A stretch of DNA of 35,723 bases from sequence record SRR31156797_4237; one strand, written 5' to 3'. The notes beneath the pieces are model-generated. The model saw only the letters and a program-made list of their open reading frames with translations, made no database searches and was not told the DNA's origin. Positions 27,083 through 35,723 of this stretch are shown here, one piece after another (the stretch's first letter is position 1; each line of letters opens with the position of its first letter). Both the position numbers and the translations under genes were made by a program.

Positions 27083-27110
27083 AAGGGTATAGAATGTTTT
27101 CTATACCCTT
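27083..27110. terminator. 12-bp hairpin, probable terminator
   Basis: AAGGGTATAGAA-TGTT-TTCTATACCCTT. Confidence 0.55.
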
Positions 27111-27117
27111 TTGTAAT

Positions 27118-27888
27118 TTATTTCAAGAATCTAAAGAACGAACTAATCTCGTTCACCGCATCCGCCATTATCTGTTTTTCAGCGGTGCGGAACTCAATGG
27201 TTGGAAACTCGTTGAGCATGTCAATCTGGGGTCTCGATAGATACGGCAACCCGAAATTGCACACACAAGCCACGTCATCCTGTACCAGCTTCATGCACTG
27301 AATAAGGTCTGTTACAAAGACTACCATTTCCCGGCCATGAAAGCGGTGGAAATTGAACAGGTAGTTCTCCGGGTTGAAGGTCCGATAGAATACCGGCTTT
27401 CCCGTTTTCATCCGGATGCCGTAATAGGCGATTACCAGCCCTTCAGCGTTATAGACCTCAAAAGCTACGCAACCAGACAGCATGGTCTTACCCTTGGGGA
27501 TTCCGAAGCCGTGTCCTTCGCAGAACTCGGGCTTGAAACCCAGTCCGTCAAGGTACTCTCCGAAGTTGAGGGTATATTTCTTTTTGACTTCCTCCGTTAG
27601 AACCTCGTCGCTCGGAGTGAGCTTCAAGAGCATGCCTTTGACCTTCTTGTACCCATTCGGGTCCCTCGGCGGAAATCCCTTGATTTCCATTCCCAAAGTT
27701 ATTATATTTCCTCCCTTACATGAAGGGCAGAAATAAACATTCTTTTTATCTCCCATTCTCTTGATGGAAGCGGTTTTTCCGCATGGGCATTTGAAGTTAA
27801 TGTAGGCTCCCTTGAGAGTAGGTGTCAATTCAAGGGACTCCAGGGCATTGTACGTATGGATTTTGGTAAGGGCTGCTTGATAACTCAT
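27118..27888 (-). CDS. DnaG primase-like protein (zinc finger plus degenerate TOPRIM); start re-called at MSYQ
   Basis: CPC...YFCPSCKGGNII zinc-binding region; VAFEVYNAEGLVIAYYG core; GGAGG SD before the ATG at 27888. Confidence 0.6.
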   Translation of the reverse strand: MSYQAALTKIHTYNALESLELTPTLKGAYINFKCPCGKTASIKRMGDKKNVYFCPSCKGGNIITLGMEIKGFPPRDPNGYKKVKGMLLKLTPSDEVLTEEVKKKYTLNFGEYLDGLGFKPEFCEGHGFGIPKGKTMLSGCVAFEVYNAEGLVIAYYGIRMKTGKPVFYRTFNPENYLFNFHRFHGREMVVFVTDLIQCMKLVQDDVACVCNFGLPYLSRPQIDMLNEFPTIEFRTAEKQIMADAVNEISSFFRFLK

Positions 27889-27922
27889 AACTTTATCCTC
27901 CGTATTTTGTGTTGAAATTTTC

Positions 27923-27981
27923 TCGGACAAATCTTCGGACCAAAATCAGACAAAATTATCCATTTCAGACAATTAGTCCGA
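27923..27981. repeat. Putative integrase arm-type binding sites
   Basis: TCRGAC(A/C)A at 27923, 27935, 27946 and 27965, plus an inverted copy at 27974-27981, 50-110 bp from the att core. Confidence 0.6.
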
Positions 27982-28033
27982 TTTATCCTCTAATAATTTC
28001 AGTAAGTTAGCTTTTTAGGTAGGTTTTGAGGGC

Positions 28034-28079
28034 ACTTCTAATCCGCAGGTCGGGAGTTCGAATCTTCCCAGGCGCGCCA
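28034..28079 (+). other. Putative attR: 3' half of tRNA-Arg(UCU)
   Basis: ACTTCTAATCCGCAGGTCGGGAGTTCGAATCTTCCCAGGCGCGCCA runs from the anticodon loop to CCA; no D arm or 5' acceptor strand upstream. Confidence 0.85.
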
Positions 28080-28195
28080 TTTTGTAAGCATTATTAAGGG
28101 TTTTGCTCTTATGGGCCAGGTCCTTTTTAATCATTTTTTCAAGGGGGTGCACATAGGGTGCACTTTGTTGGATCAAGAAGTCTTTAGATAGAGAT

Positions 28196-28441
28196 TCATA
28201 CAGTTAATTCAAGCATTTTAACAGCCTCAAAATTCCCCAAAAAAACAGGTACAAAAAAGGCTAAATTAGGCAAAATAAGCCCTCCATAACAGAATATGGA
28301 AAAACAAATCCAAATTAATTTAAACCAGTCAAACTTGTAATTATCATCACCCTCCCCTCTATTTATCATAGAGGAGTGGGAGGATTTGTATCTTACTTTC
28401 GTCACCCTTGGATGCTCTCCAATGTCATTTTTTCGTACCAT
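28196..28441 (-). CDS. Hypothetical membrane protein
   Basis: 81 aa with a hydrophobic C-terminal half. Confidence 0.35.
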   Translation of the reverse strand: MVRKNDIGEHPRVTKVRYKSSHSSMINRGEGDDNYKFDWFKLIWICFSIFCYGGLILPNLAFFVPVFLGNFEAVKMLELTV

Positions 28442-28853
28442 TTTTTACTTTCGCGCGCTTCTAGCCCGGTTGCGCCTTGAAAAGCCAGGATGGTTTGATC
28501 CCCTGCACTCAAAGCTGCGGACAAAACTAGAATTGCTGAATATCGCGTGAAAAGTGGCGAAAGCGGCGGAAAGCGGAAGTGTTCTCAACTTTTAAACATA
28601 ATTTTTCTATGTTTCTTAATTGTTTAAATGGTAAGAACGTCCCCGCGTACCGATCAAAGGCGCAATAAAATACTTGCACTCCTAACCGTTTAAATAATAT
28701 TGTTTATGGGTTATTTTAGCATCCGAGCACGTGGTAAAACACAAAATATATAAAAATAGGGCCTGAATTGACATAAAGTACCGTCTCGCTCATGCCCTAC
28801 CCCATCAAAAACAGAAGCCCCATTCCTCCAAGGATGAGGGTTGAGCATGACAG

Positions 28854-31109
28854 ATGTTTAAAACAGCCTGTACTGTAAATGATGGTTCAAAAAAGATATA
28901 TGCCTGTTTACTGCCTGCCCTGCTTGCAGTAGTATCGATTTCTCTGGCGATTCATTTTTCAGGAGGTTTTACCACAGGGCCTTTATTTGCCGCAGGAGAT
29001 GGTGCCGAATCGGAATTCTACGCCCATTATTTTTATAAAAATCTCTCCTTATTTCCACTGCCCCATATTAATTTTCATACAGACCAAATTTTCTACCCTT
29101 ACGGTGTCAATGCCGTATTTGGGGACTGGTTTATTGAGCGTGAATATTTTTTCACCCTGTTTTTTAGCCTTTTCGGCACAGGGCCATGGCTCTTTATCTA
29201 TTATATATTTTCCTTGCTGATAGCGTGCTTTGGGCTATTTGTCCTTTTCAAAAAAGATTTCGGTGTTTTAAAAGCATCCCTAGCAGGCTTTGTAGCTGTT
29301 TTTTTCAATTTTTATGCCCTTGCCAAATTCCCAGGACACTTTTCCAATTCCGTACTGCACTGGACCGTACTCGGCATGGCTGTAGACTACCTGCTGATCC
29401 GCCGAATTACAGCCTGTGAAAACATATCGTTACGCCTGGTTCTGCTCCGCTGTTTTTTGACGGTTCTCACCCTGGGATTAGGGCTTGGATATGTTGCCGG
29501 ATCGTCGTTGCTCTCCCTGACCGTCTGCGGTTTTTATGCACTGCTTTTTTTGCTGGGGTACCGGCTGAAAAATGGGGAAGCGCCTTATAGACTTGGAGAA
29601 CTCATAAATGAATGGAAACAGGAGATTCTAGACCATAAAGGGCATTGCATCGCTCTTTCACTTGGCACGGCTGTTTTCATCTTTCTTTACGTCCCCATCG
29701 TGTTGCAAATTTATGTTGCTACCAAAGAATTTACAGGGGTACCACAAGGAACCATGTGGTCTTCTCCATGGAGGATTCTAATACCATGGTTTCCATGGGT
29801 TAACCCAAGCCTGAATGTGCCGAATTGGCTGGAAGGTTTGATAAATGATATTCCGGAAGGCCTCGGCGCAGGCAGCCCGGGCTTTTTTTTGTTTTTTGCC
29901 GCCCTCACCGGAATCCTTTTTTCCCGCCGAAAGATAGCGCTTGTGCCGTTTATAGCCATGTTTATCTGGATAGCCAATAATCACCCCTATCGGAATCTTT
30001 CACTCACCGTCTTTCCCTGGTTTGAATACGCACGTGTGGGTTCGCGTTTTACCATACTCATGACCCCCTTGCTGATCTTTTTAGCACTTGAGATCCCCCT
30101 ATCAAAATTCAAGAAATCGACTTTGTACTCAGCATTTTTCTTGCTGTTGGTTGTGATCGGAGCATTAGAATTTTATACTTTTACAAATGTATACCGCTAC
30201 AAGCCATCAAATGTGCCGGAAAACTTTTTGACCTACATGAACACAGTCAAAGATACGCCGGGCGAGGCGGTGCTGGATTGGCCATTTTGCATTGCCGGCG
30301 GCAACGGGGTGGGTACGGATTTATTAGGACGCTTTTACCACCGGAACCTTGCCGTGGGCTTTATGCAGCGCTACCATGGCAAAAAAATTGTCGGTAACTA
30401 CTTTGGCCGCCTTTCCATGACACAGATTGCGCCTTTTTTGCGGGCAGGTTGGAACAAAATGTTCCATCCCGATAACCCCAATTATTTCAAGTCAAAACGT
30501 CAAGCAGTGCCCATGACCGAACCGGAGTGGACTTTCTTTGATGAATTTTACACCTTGAATGATTTTTGCGGCATAAACCTCTACCCCGGTTTACTGGCGC
30601 CTGGCGACGAACGCAAATTTTTTGAGCGTTTTGGAAAACCGGAGATCACTTCAACGGTTGCGGGTGGTTTAAAAGTCGTTTTCATCGCCAAAGATGAAAG
30701 GCGCCGCAACAAAGTCAAAAAGCTTGAGGGAAAAAAAATCATCTATTTTCCCTCCGTTGAACCCGGCAGCACAATTGAAATGGTCAAACCGGAAATACCT
30801 TCCGAAATAACCGCTACCGGCATGTTCATGCTGGCGAGAGGCAAGATCGGCCTCGTGCGCCTTGCCGGAAACACAACGGAATTGTTTTTCAAGAGCGAAA
30901 ACAAGCAAGCTGCAGAACTTGCTATCACTTGCTATATAAAATCTCCGACCACCCTGGTTATCAACAAAAAACCATTTATGATTTCAAAAAGCTCAAGTGG
31001 AATTATTGGATTCCATGTTCAAAAAGGGATGAACCATATCGAAATTATCTCCAACGAACAGAAGGTGCCCACTATATTCTTTAAAGAGCTGAAGCTTAAG
31101 ATTAAATAG
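28854..31109 (+). CDS. Large polytopic membrane protein (YfhO/GT-C-like)
   Basis: 751 aa with roughly a dozen hydrophobic segments, FYPYG loop, ARVGSRF, and a soluble C-terminal domain. Confidence 0.6.
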   Translation: MFKTACTVNDGSKKIYACLLPALLAVVSISLAIHFSGGFTTGPLFAAGDGAESEFYAHYFYKNLSLFPLPHINFHTDQIFYPYGVNAVFGDWFIEREYFFTLFFSLFGTGPWLFIYYIFSLLIACFGLFVLFKKDFGVLKASLAGFVAVFFNFYALAKFPGHFSNSVLHWTVLGMAVDYLLIRRITACENISLRLVLLRCFLTVLTLGLGLGYVAGSSLLSLTVCGFYALLFLLGYRLKNGEAPYRLGELINEWKQEILDHKGHCIALSLGTAVFIFLYVPIVLQIYVATKEFTGVPQGTMWSSPWRILIPWFPWVNPSLNVPNWLEGLINDIPEGLGAGSPGFFLFFAALTGILFSRRKIALVPFIAMFIWIANNHPYRNLSLTVFPWFEYARVGSRFTILMTPLLIFLALEIPLSKFKKSTLYSAFFLLLVVIGALEFYTFTNVYRYKPSNVPENFLTYMNTVKDTPGEAVLDWPFCIAGGNGVGTDLLGRFYHRNLAVGFMQRYHGKKIVGNYFGRLSMTQIAPFLRAGWNKMFHPDNPNYFKSKRQAVPMTEPEWTFFDEFYTLNDFCGINLYPGLLAPGDERKFFERFGKPEITSTVAGGLKVVFIAKDERRRNKVKKLEGKKIIYFPSVEPGSTIEMVKPEIPSEITATGMFMLARGKIGLVRLAGNTTELFFKSENKQAAELAITCYIKSPTTLVINKKPFMISKSSSGIIGFHVQKGMNHIEIISNEQKVPTIFFKELKLKIK

Positions 31110-31267
31110 AGATTCTTTGAAAGATTATGATGTTACATTGGTGCGCTCTATGCCACGCCTTCCGACAGTGTTTTCAGCGAATGAGGTAAAGCTAAAGCAG
31201 AGGATGAGCCTGCCCGAGGTGGCCGTATAGGCACCTTGGGATGTCAGAGGTTCGGCCCAAGATAATT

Positions 31268-31648
31268 CTAGTCAAATAGCTGGAGTTCAAGAATGTCTTT
31301 CATGAGTGTAAAATGGTTATCCAATGAGTAAATTTCACATCTATTTTGTTTCGCGTTTTGTACAATTAATAGGTCAGGAATGCCGATTCCATTCAAGCCA
31401 TTTTTCAAACATTTGAATTGGAATTCAATAACTTGATCCCAATTAATGGATAGCTTTGACTTATTAATTTTATATAATAATTTAATAATATTGCGTTGGT
31501 TACGAACTTTTAAAGATGGAACCAATTCCGCAAGGATAAGATCATTAATAACAATAAGGTTTTCATCAATTAAGAAATCAAGTTTTTCAGAATTATTCCC
31601 ACTCCTGAAATACTCTATCCATATGGACGTATCGACTAATACCGACAT
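31268..31648 (-). CDS. vapC: PIN-domain toxin VapC
   Basis: VLVDTSIWI, ILAEL, IPDLLI, YSLDNHF acidic tetrad. Confidence 0.88.
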   Translation of the reverse strand: MSVLVDTSIWIEYFRSGNNSEKLDFLIDENLIVINDLILAELVPSLKVRNQRNIIKLLYKINKSKLSINWDQVIEFQFKCLKNGLNGIGIPDLLIVQNAKQNRCEIYSLDNHFTLMKDILELQLFD

Positions 31649-31839
31649 TTACGCTCTCTCATCGCATCCATATCAATGTCCAAATCCACCTTACCCTTAT
31701 ATTTTTTCAAGCCGGATATCTTTGATTTCCTTATCAAATCTTCTAAGGCAGTAATAATAACTTTGGTTTTTGTATTAATTTGAGTAGCCTTCATAGCTTC
31801 ATTAATTAAATCTTCAGGTAAGTCAAGCGTTGTTCGCAT
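31636..31839 (-). CDS. vapB: VapB antitoxin (start re-called at MRTTLD)
   Basis: MRTTLDLPEDLINEAM...TKTKVIITAL RHH-type pattern; GGAGG SD; overlaps vapC. Confidence 0.85.
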   Translation of the reverse strand: MRTTLDLPEDLINEAMKATQINTKTKVIITALEDLIRKSKISGLKKYKGKVDLDIDMDAMRERKCRY

Positions 31840-31860
31840 CATTGGCCTCCCCACATATAG

Positions 31861-31899
31861 TTTATGCATAAATATAGCATTTAATGCATATGATGTCAA
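31861..31899 (-). promoter_or_regulatory. vapBC promoter with palindromic operator
   Basis: TTGACA-17 nt-TATATT; palindromes TTTATGCATAAA (31861-31872) and ATGCAT (31884-31889). Confidence 0.7.
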
Positions 31900-32204
31900 G
31901 TCCGGGCTGAACGCTACGGTTCTCTTGGCGCAAAGGCTTTCGCAAAACCGGCACTGAACTTTCTTCTGATATCCTCATGGCCCCTTTGTCGTGCGTTCCC
32001 CATCCCTACCCTTCCTCCTCACGATCAAAGCCCTGCATTCCCGTCATGTCAGGCCATCCGTTTTGATAGCCTGCGTATTTTCGTCCATATTTCAATGCAA
32101 ATGCATACTGGTCAATAAGGGGATATTCCAAATCATCTTTTGGTTGCCAACAGAGTAACAACTCACAGTGCTTCCTGAAAGACGCTTTAGTGAATAGATG
32201 CCGC

Positions 32205-32561
32205 CTAAGCCCCGAATGGGTTTGAGGCGTTTCTGTTGACGGGGTCCCCGCTGTCCAGACATTCGGAAACGAACTCAAATGCGGAACGGTAGTTCAACAG
32301 CTCCCGCACATCATCCGGATCCGCCCCCGGGACAGACTCTCCCTTCCATAAGCGTTCCGCCTGATCCAGTGTTAGCCGGGTCCCTTCAATATGGGTCGTG
32401 TGATGGGCTTCTTTGATAAGCGCTCGGTTCCCCATACCCCGCACCCAGTCATCAGAAAGCCTTGCCGCTTCCAGGAAGCCCCGGGCCCGTTCAATCTGCG
32501 TGATTGCCGCGGTCATTCGGTTGGTGATGGTAAACTTGGGGGTAAAGGTATTCATAGACAT
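32205..32561 (-). pseudogene. Truncated Fic-family protein (N-terminal part only)
   Basis: FTPKFTIT...[14 protein letters not shown]...ELLNY is typical of Fic N-termini; ORF stops before any HPFxDGNGR motif. Confidence 0.7.
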
Positions 32562-33189
32562 ACTCCGCTTTCTTTACAGCATTTGGGGGTTTCACTTTAT
32601 TTACGGCAAAACGGGGGAAATCCTGTGGCAAAAGACTCCAACAAAGAAAAGATTATAACGAGAGTGTTGTGAATTCTAAAAAGGGGCTTGTCTGGTCGCC
32701 CCTTGTGGCTCATGCCGGAGACTCCCAGATCCCCTGGACGGAACCTTTTGGGAGCCCGGCATTCCCTCAGCAAATGCCGGGAGATTTTCCCACGACCCAT
32801 TCTCGTAATGGATAAGCTGACACGATCTAATGATCAAGAAAAAAAGGGAAACGCAGGCAGGCATGCTGTTGTTCGGATTATCCGGTAGGAATTCAGTGAT
32901 CTTTTATAGGAAGATTTTATATCCGATGTTCAAAACCTTTGCCAATATTTTTGGACTGATCTTTTCAATTGGCCGTTTTCCATTTCGGAAAAGGATTGCC
33001 GACTACATCCGCTTGTAAAGGCCGCTTTCCAGCTTGTCCAAATCCCGAGAAAAGAAACTGGCCCTTCCGCACCCTGAAAAATAGAAAGGCCGTAACCAGT
33101 TAAGATTACAGACTTTTATATTTGATGGTGCCGGATGATTCAGGATTGCGTGTCCTTTGCATCAGGCTCCATGGCGTGACGAATTGGTA

Positions 33190-33687
33190 TCATTCGTCAG
33201 GCCGCAAGGTTGATGCCACATCCAGCCTCCGGCTCTTACCCGAACCCGATATTTCATATTTCAAAATGGACCTGTGATTTTCCGAAAAGTGGTTTTTCTT
33301 TCGTTCGAGAAGGGAGTTGGCATGGTCCATATACATCGTGAACACTTTTGCATCCTCGGACCCAGGCAATGTGGAACATACCTCCATTAATTCTCTTTCT
33401 TGATCTTTCTCGGGAAGGAGAGAGACATTCCAAACCAATATGGCCAGACCGATGGCGATTCGTTCAGTCTGTTCGTTATCGCATTCATCCAGCAACGGCT
33501 CTGCAAAATCCAGAATCACTTCCGACATTTTGGCATGGCCTTTGGGTTCGACAACAAAATTCGAAAATGGCAATTCGGCAGACCCTTTTACTTTCTTAAC
33601 AAAGCGTGCCTGGGCGGATTGCTTTTTCTGTTTGTTTTTCTTCCGCTGTGCTCGTTTTCTCTTTTTGATTTCTTTTTTACGCGTCAT
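33190..33687 (-). CDS. Hypothetical protein
   Basis: 165 aa, basic N-terminus, KMSEVILDFAEPLL; coupled to the upstream gene. Confidence 0.7.
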   Translation of the reverse strand: MTRKKEIKKRKRAQRKKNKQKKQSAQARFVKKVKGSAELPFSNFVVEPKGHAKMSEVILDFAEPLLDECDNEQTERIAIGLAILVWNVSLLPEKDQERELMEVCSTLPGSEDAKVFTMYMDHANSLLERKKNHFSENHRSILKYEISGSGKSRRLDVASTLRPDE

Positions 33688-34178
33688 CTATTGTTACCGG
33701 GCTTCAATTTTACCGGGTTGATGTGCTTCTTTCCCTGCAAATGGGTCAACCACCGCTCTGCGCCTCTTCCTCTGTTCCTGGTCGTGATTTTAACTTTTCC
33801 ACCCGACTCGAAGTCAATATCGGTCTTCATCAGCCTGCCCGAGACGTAATCTGATGTGAAGCATATTTTCCGGTATCGGTATTCAAGGCCCCTGACAAAA
33901 TACTCAAGGCTCCAATCTTCATCGGGGATGAAATGGATTTCGGATATGCCCCTGGGAGCGGCGTATGTGAAAGACATGAGCGAAAGACAAAACAATACTC
34001 CGATCGCCCAGATGTCAGGCTCGTCTTCTTTAATCTGGAAAACGACCTCCTGGGATGTGTTAACCGTATTCTCGATTGCGGGGAATTCTTCGTATTCGTT
34101 CGACATGATTTCGATGGGGATTCCGATGGTTTCTTCCAAAAAGCTTTGCCCTATTGATTTTTCCTGTTCCATTCCCAT
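33684..34178 (-). CDS. Hypothetical protein
   Basis: 164 aa, SD GGAAGG, DYVSGRLMKT. Confidence 0.7.
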   Translation of the reverse strand: MGMEQEKSIGQSFLEETIGIPIEIMSNEYEEFPAIENTVNTSQEVVFQIKEDEPDIWAIGVLFCLSLMSFTYAAPRGISEIHFIPDEDWSLEYFVRGLEYRYRKICFTSDYVSGRLMKTDIDFESGGKVKITTRNRGRGAERWLTHLQGKKHINPVKLKPGNNR

Positions 34179-34317
34179 TATCCTTCCGTGGTCTCCGCCG
34201 GTCTATTCAGATATTTCTTTGTATTTCCGATTCCTTTCAAGAACCTTTTTTCCAACTTCATAGAATATCGGGCTGAATATCGTCCCGGGGGCTGGCAAGC
34301 CAACTATCGGGGGCTGC

Positions 34318-34809
34318 CTATGCCGAAGGTTTCTTTTCCAGTGATTCATAAATGCGGGCTAGTTTCTTGCCTTTATACTTTTTCAGGGCGGCCTTGTACT
34401 GGTCTTTCTCGAAAGGGATTTTGTGTCGCATGACGTCAAGCATTAAAGGGGTCAGGATCGCTCCTATGAGATGGATGGTATCGTGGCGGCTGACTTTATT
34501 TTTTCTCATGGAGTTGTAAAACTGGAGTGCCTCAATGGGGTCTTTGCTTTCGAGCTGACGTTCAACCGCTGAATGAATCATGATATGAAGAAAAGGGTTT
34601 TCCTCTTTACGGGTATCGTATTCGTGACCATATGTTTGATCGGCGTTTTCAAACTGGCTGGAATACTGGTCTTCGTGTTCCAGCATAATTTCAGCCAAAC
34701 GTCTTTCTTCACCGGACAAGAATTCCAAATCCCCGGTTTTCGCTGTTTCCCAAAGGCTATGCAACCTTTCCCGGTTTGCTTTCCTTTGGTCTTTGATATT
34801 GTCGTCCAT
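34318..34809 (-). CDS. DUF1841-like protein
   Basis: ENPFLHIMIHSAVERQL...RHDTIH motif. Confidence 0.7.
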   Translation of the reverse strand: MDDNIKDQRKANRERLHSLWETAKTGDLEFLSGEERRLAEIMLEHEDQYSSQFENADQTYGHEYDTRKEENPFLHIMIHSAVERQLESKDPIEALQFYNSMRKNKVSRHDTIHLIGAILTPLMLDVMRHKIPFEKDQYKAALKKYKGKKLARIYESLEKKPSA

Positions 34810-35066
34810 GGTTCACGTCCCTTATTGTGGAAGCTAATCTTTCCCGTTGATCTGGTCCCTTATCATAGTCTATTGCTCCCTGAAGCCTCGGGAGAAAATA
34901 GCCTTTATTTTATCGAGTTGTCAAGAAAGACCACTTGCTTTCAATTTGTCGCAGATACCTGATTGAAAATCCGGTTGACAGTGAAGTTTATTGGCGTATG
35001 ATCTGTTATTAAAAAAAATCCGGGGTTATTGAACACGGTCACGAAAACCACAGAACACATATCAAA

Positions 35067-35597
35067 ATGGAAATACACAGATGTTTTGAAATCCTTGAAC
35101 TTCCAAAAAATTCTTCCATCCAGGATGTGAGGCAGGCCTATAAGGATCTGGTCAATATCTGGCATCCTGACCGCGTGGGTGACAATTCCAGGCTGAAGAA
35201 GAAAGCCGAAGAGAAGCTGAAAGACATCAACATCGCCTACGAGGAACTGATCTCTTTTTTGTCTTCCCAAAAAGAATCCTTTCCCCCGATGCAAGAAAAG
35301 CCTCGTGAACAGCCTAAGCCTGAAGTGTTTCATTCCGCCGACAACCCCCGACAGCAAACAAATAAAGATCCAAAGCCACATGTGGAAATTCGGTCCAAAT
35401 CAAATTTCTTTTCGGGATTGTGGAATTTTTTTTCCAAAGCCCTGGATACCGTAAGCGCCGCTCAGGGATCTTCAAATGATCCCGTAGAAACCCGGCACAG
35501 GACATTTGAACCGACCGGCGGAATGAAGCAAGGGATGGGGAGGGGCATGGGCAGAGGGAAAGGTATGGGAGGCGGAGGGAGAGGCCGACGGCGTTAA
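35067..35597 (+). CDS. DnaJ (J-domain) protein with a G/M/R-rich tail
   Basis: FEILEL...VRQAYKDLVNIWHPDR...INIAYEEL; GMGRGMGRGKGMGGGGRGRRR. Confidence 0.85.
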   Translation: MEIHRCFEILELPKNSSIQDVRQAYKDLVNIWHPDRVGDNSRLKKKAEEKLKDINIAYEELISFLSSQKESFPPMQEKPREQPKPEVFHSADNPRQQTNKDPKPHVEIRSKSNFFSGLWNFFSKALDTVSAAQGSSNDPVETRHRTFEPTGGMKQGMGRGMGRGKGMGGGGRGRRR

Positions 35598-35723
35598 ATG
35601 TGCGATTAAGAAATCCGAAGCCCCGTTTGTTTTCATGGACCGATACAATCCAACTCCCCGGTTCTTCAAATAATGTACAAACCCTTCCATGGCGGAATTG
35701 TTGACAATGAATCTCTTATTTGA

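Larger units (their letters stand above)
1..28079. mobile_element. Prophage (podovirus-like), right portion; left end and integrase lie outside the window
   Basis: Contiguous terminase-portal-scaffold-capsid-adaptor-nozzle genes, a lysin, a tRNA and homing endonucleases, ending at a partial tRNA-Arg preceded by arm-type repeats. Whether 26872-28079 belongs to the same element is uncertain. Confidence 0.8.

Noticed and set aside
28000-28079. Complete tRNA-Arg gene
   Set aside because: The 5' acceptor strand, D arm and most of the 5' anticodon stem are absent; only the att-type 3' half is present.
32006-33018. Short overlapping ORFs around the fic fragment
   Set aside because: No motifs or convincing starts; they probably reflect decayed or non-coding sequence.
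33070-33135. TGGTGCCG as a second tRNA-derived att remnant
   Set aside because: Only 8 bp with no T-arm continuation; too weak to call.
1-35723. CRISPR array, DGR, integrase or transposase
   Set aside because: No regularly spaced repeats, reverse transcriptase, recombinase or transposase motifs were seen in this window.

Overview
About 1-28079 is the right part of a podovirus-like (P22-type head) prophage, read mostly on the - strand. It ends at the 3' half of a tRNA-Arg(UCU) (28034-28079, putative attR), after which the window continues as host or island DNA of higher GC (the gene style suggests a deltaproteobacterium, which is inference). The phage carries a virion module (terS, PBSX-type terL, portal, scaffold, capsid, adaptor, nozzle, fibre-like and ejection-like proteins). 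The capsid gene is split by a 758-nt group I intron encoding a LAGLIDADG endonuclease. Directly upstream is a ~12 kb cassette of soluble glycan enzymes (5 glycosyltransferase genes with 6 domains, 2 nucleotide-sugar SDRs, a methyltransferase, a NodB-type deacetylase, a radical SAM) interleaved with a compact GroEL and a GroES. The tetrapeptide GSPA occurs three times, with different codons, in the capsid and nozzle proteins, and is a candidate acceptor sequon for a phage virion-glycosylation system. Other features are an HNH gene inserted in the 5' end of the deacetylase gene with an 18-bp duplication, a TrpRS relic missed by the ORF track, tRNA-Leu(UAA), several structured-RNA candidates and a divergent lytic transglycosylase module. 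The host side has a large membrane protein, vapBC, a truncated Fic gene, a DUF1841-like gene and a DnaJ-domain gene. All family assignments come from motifs read by eye; no database search was run.
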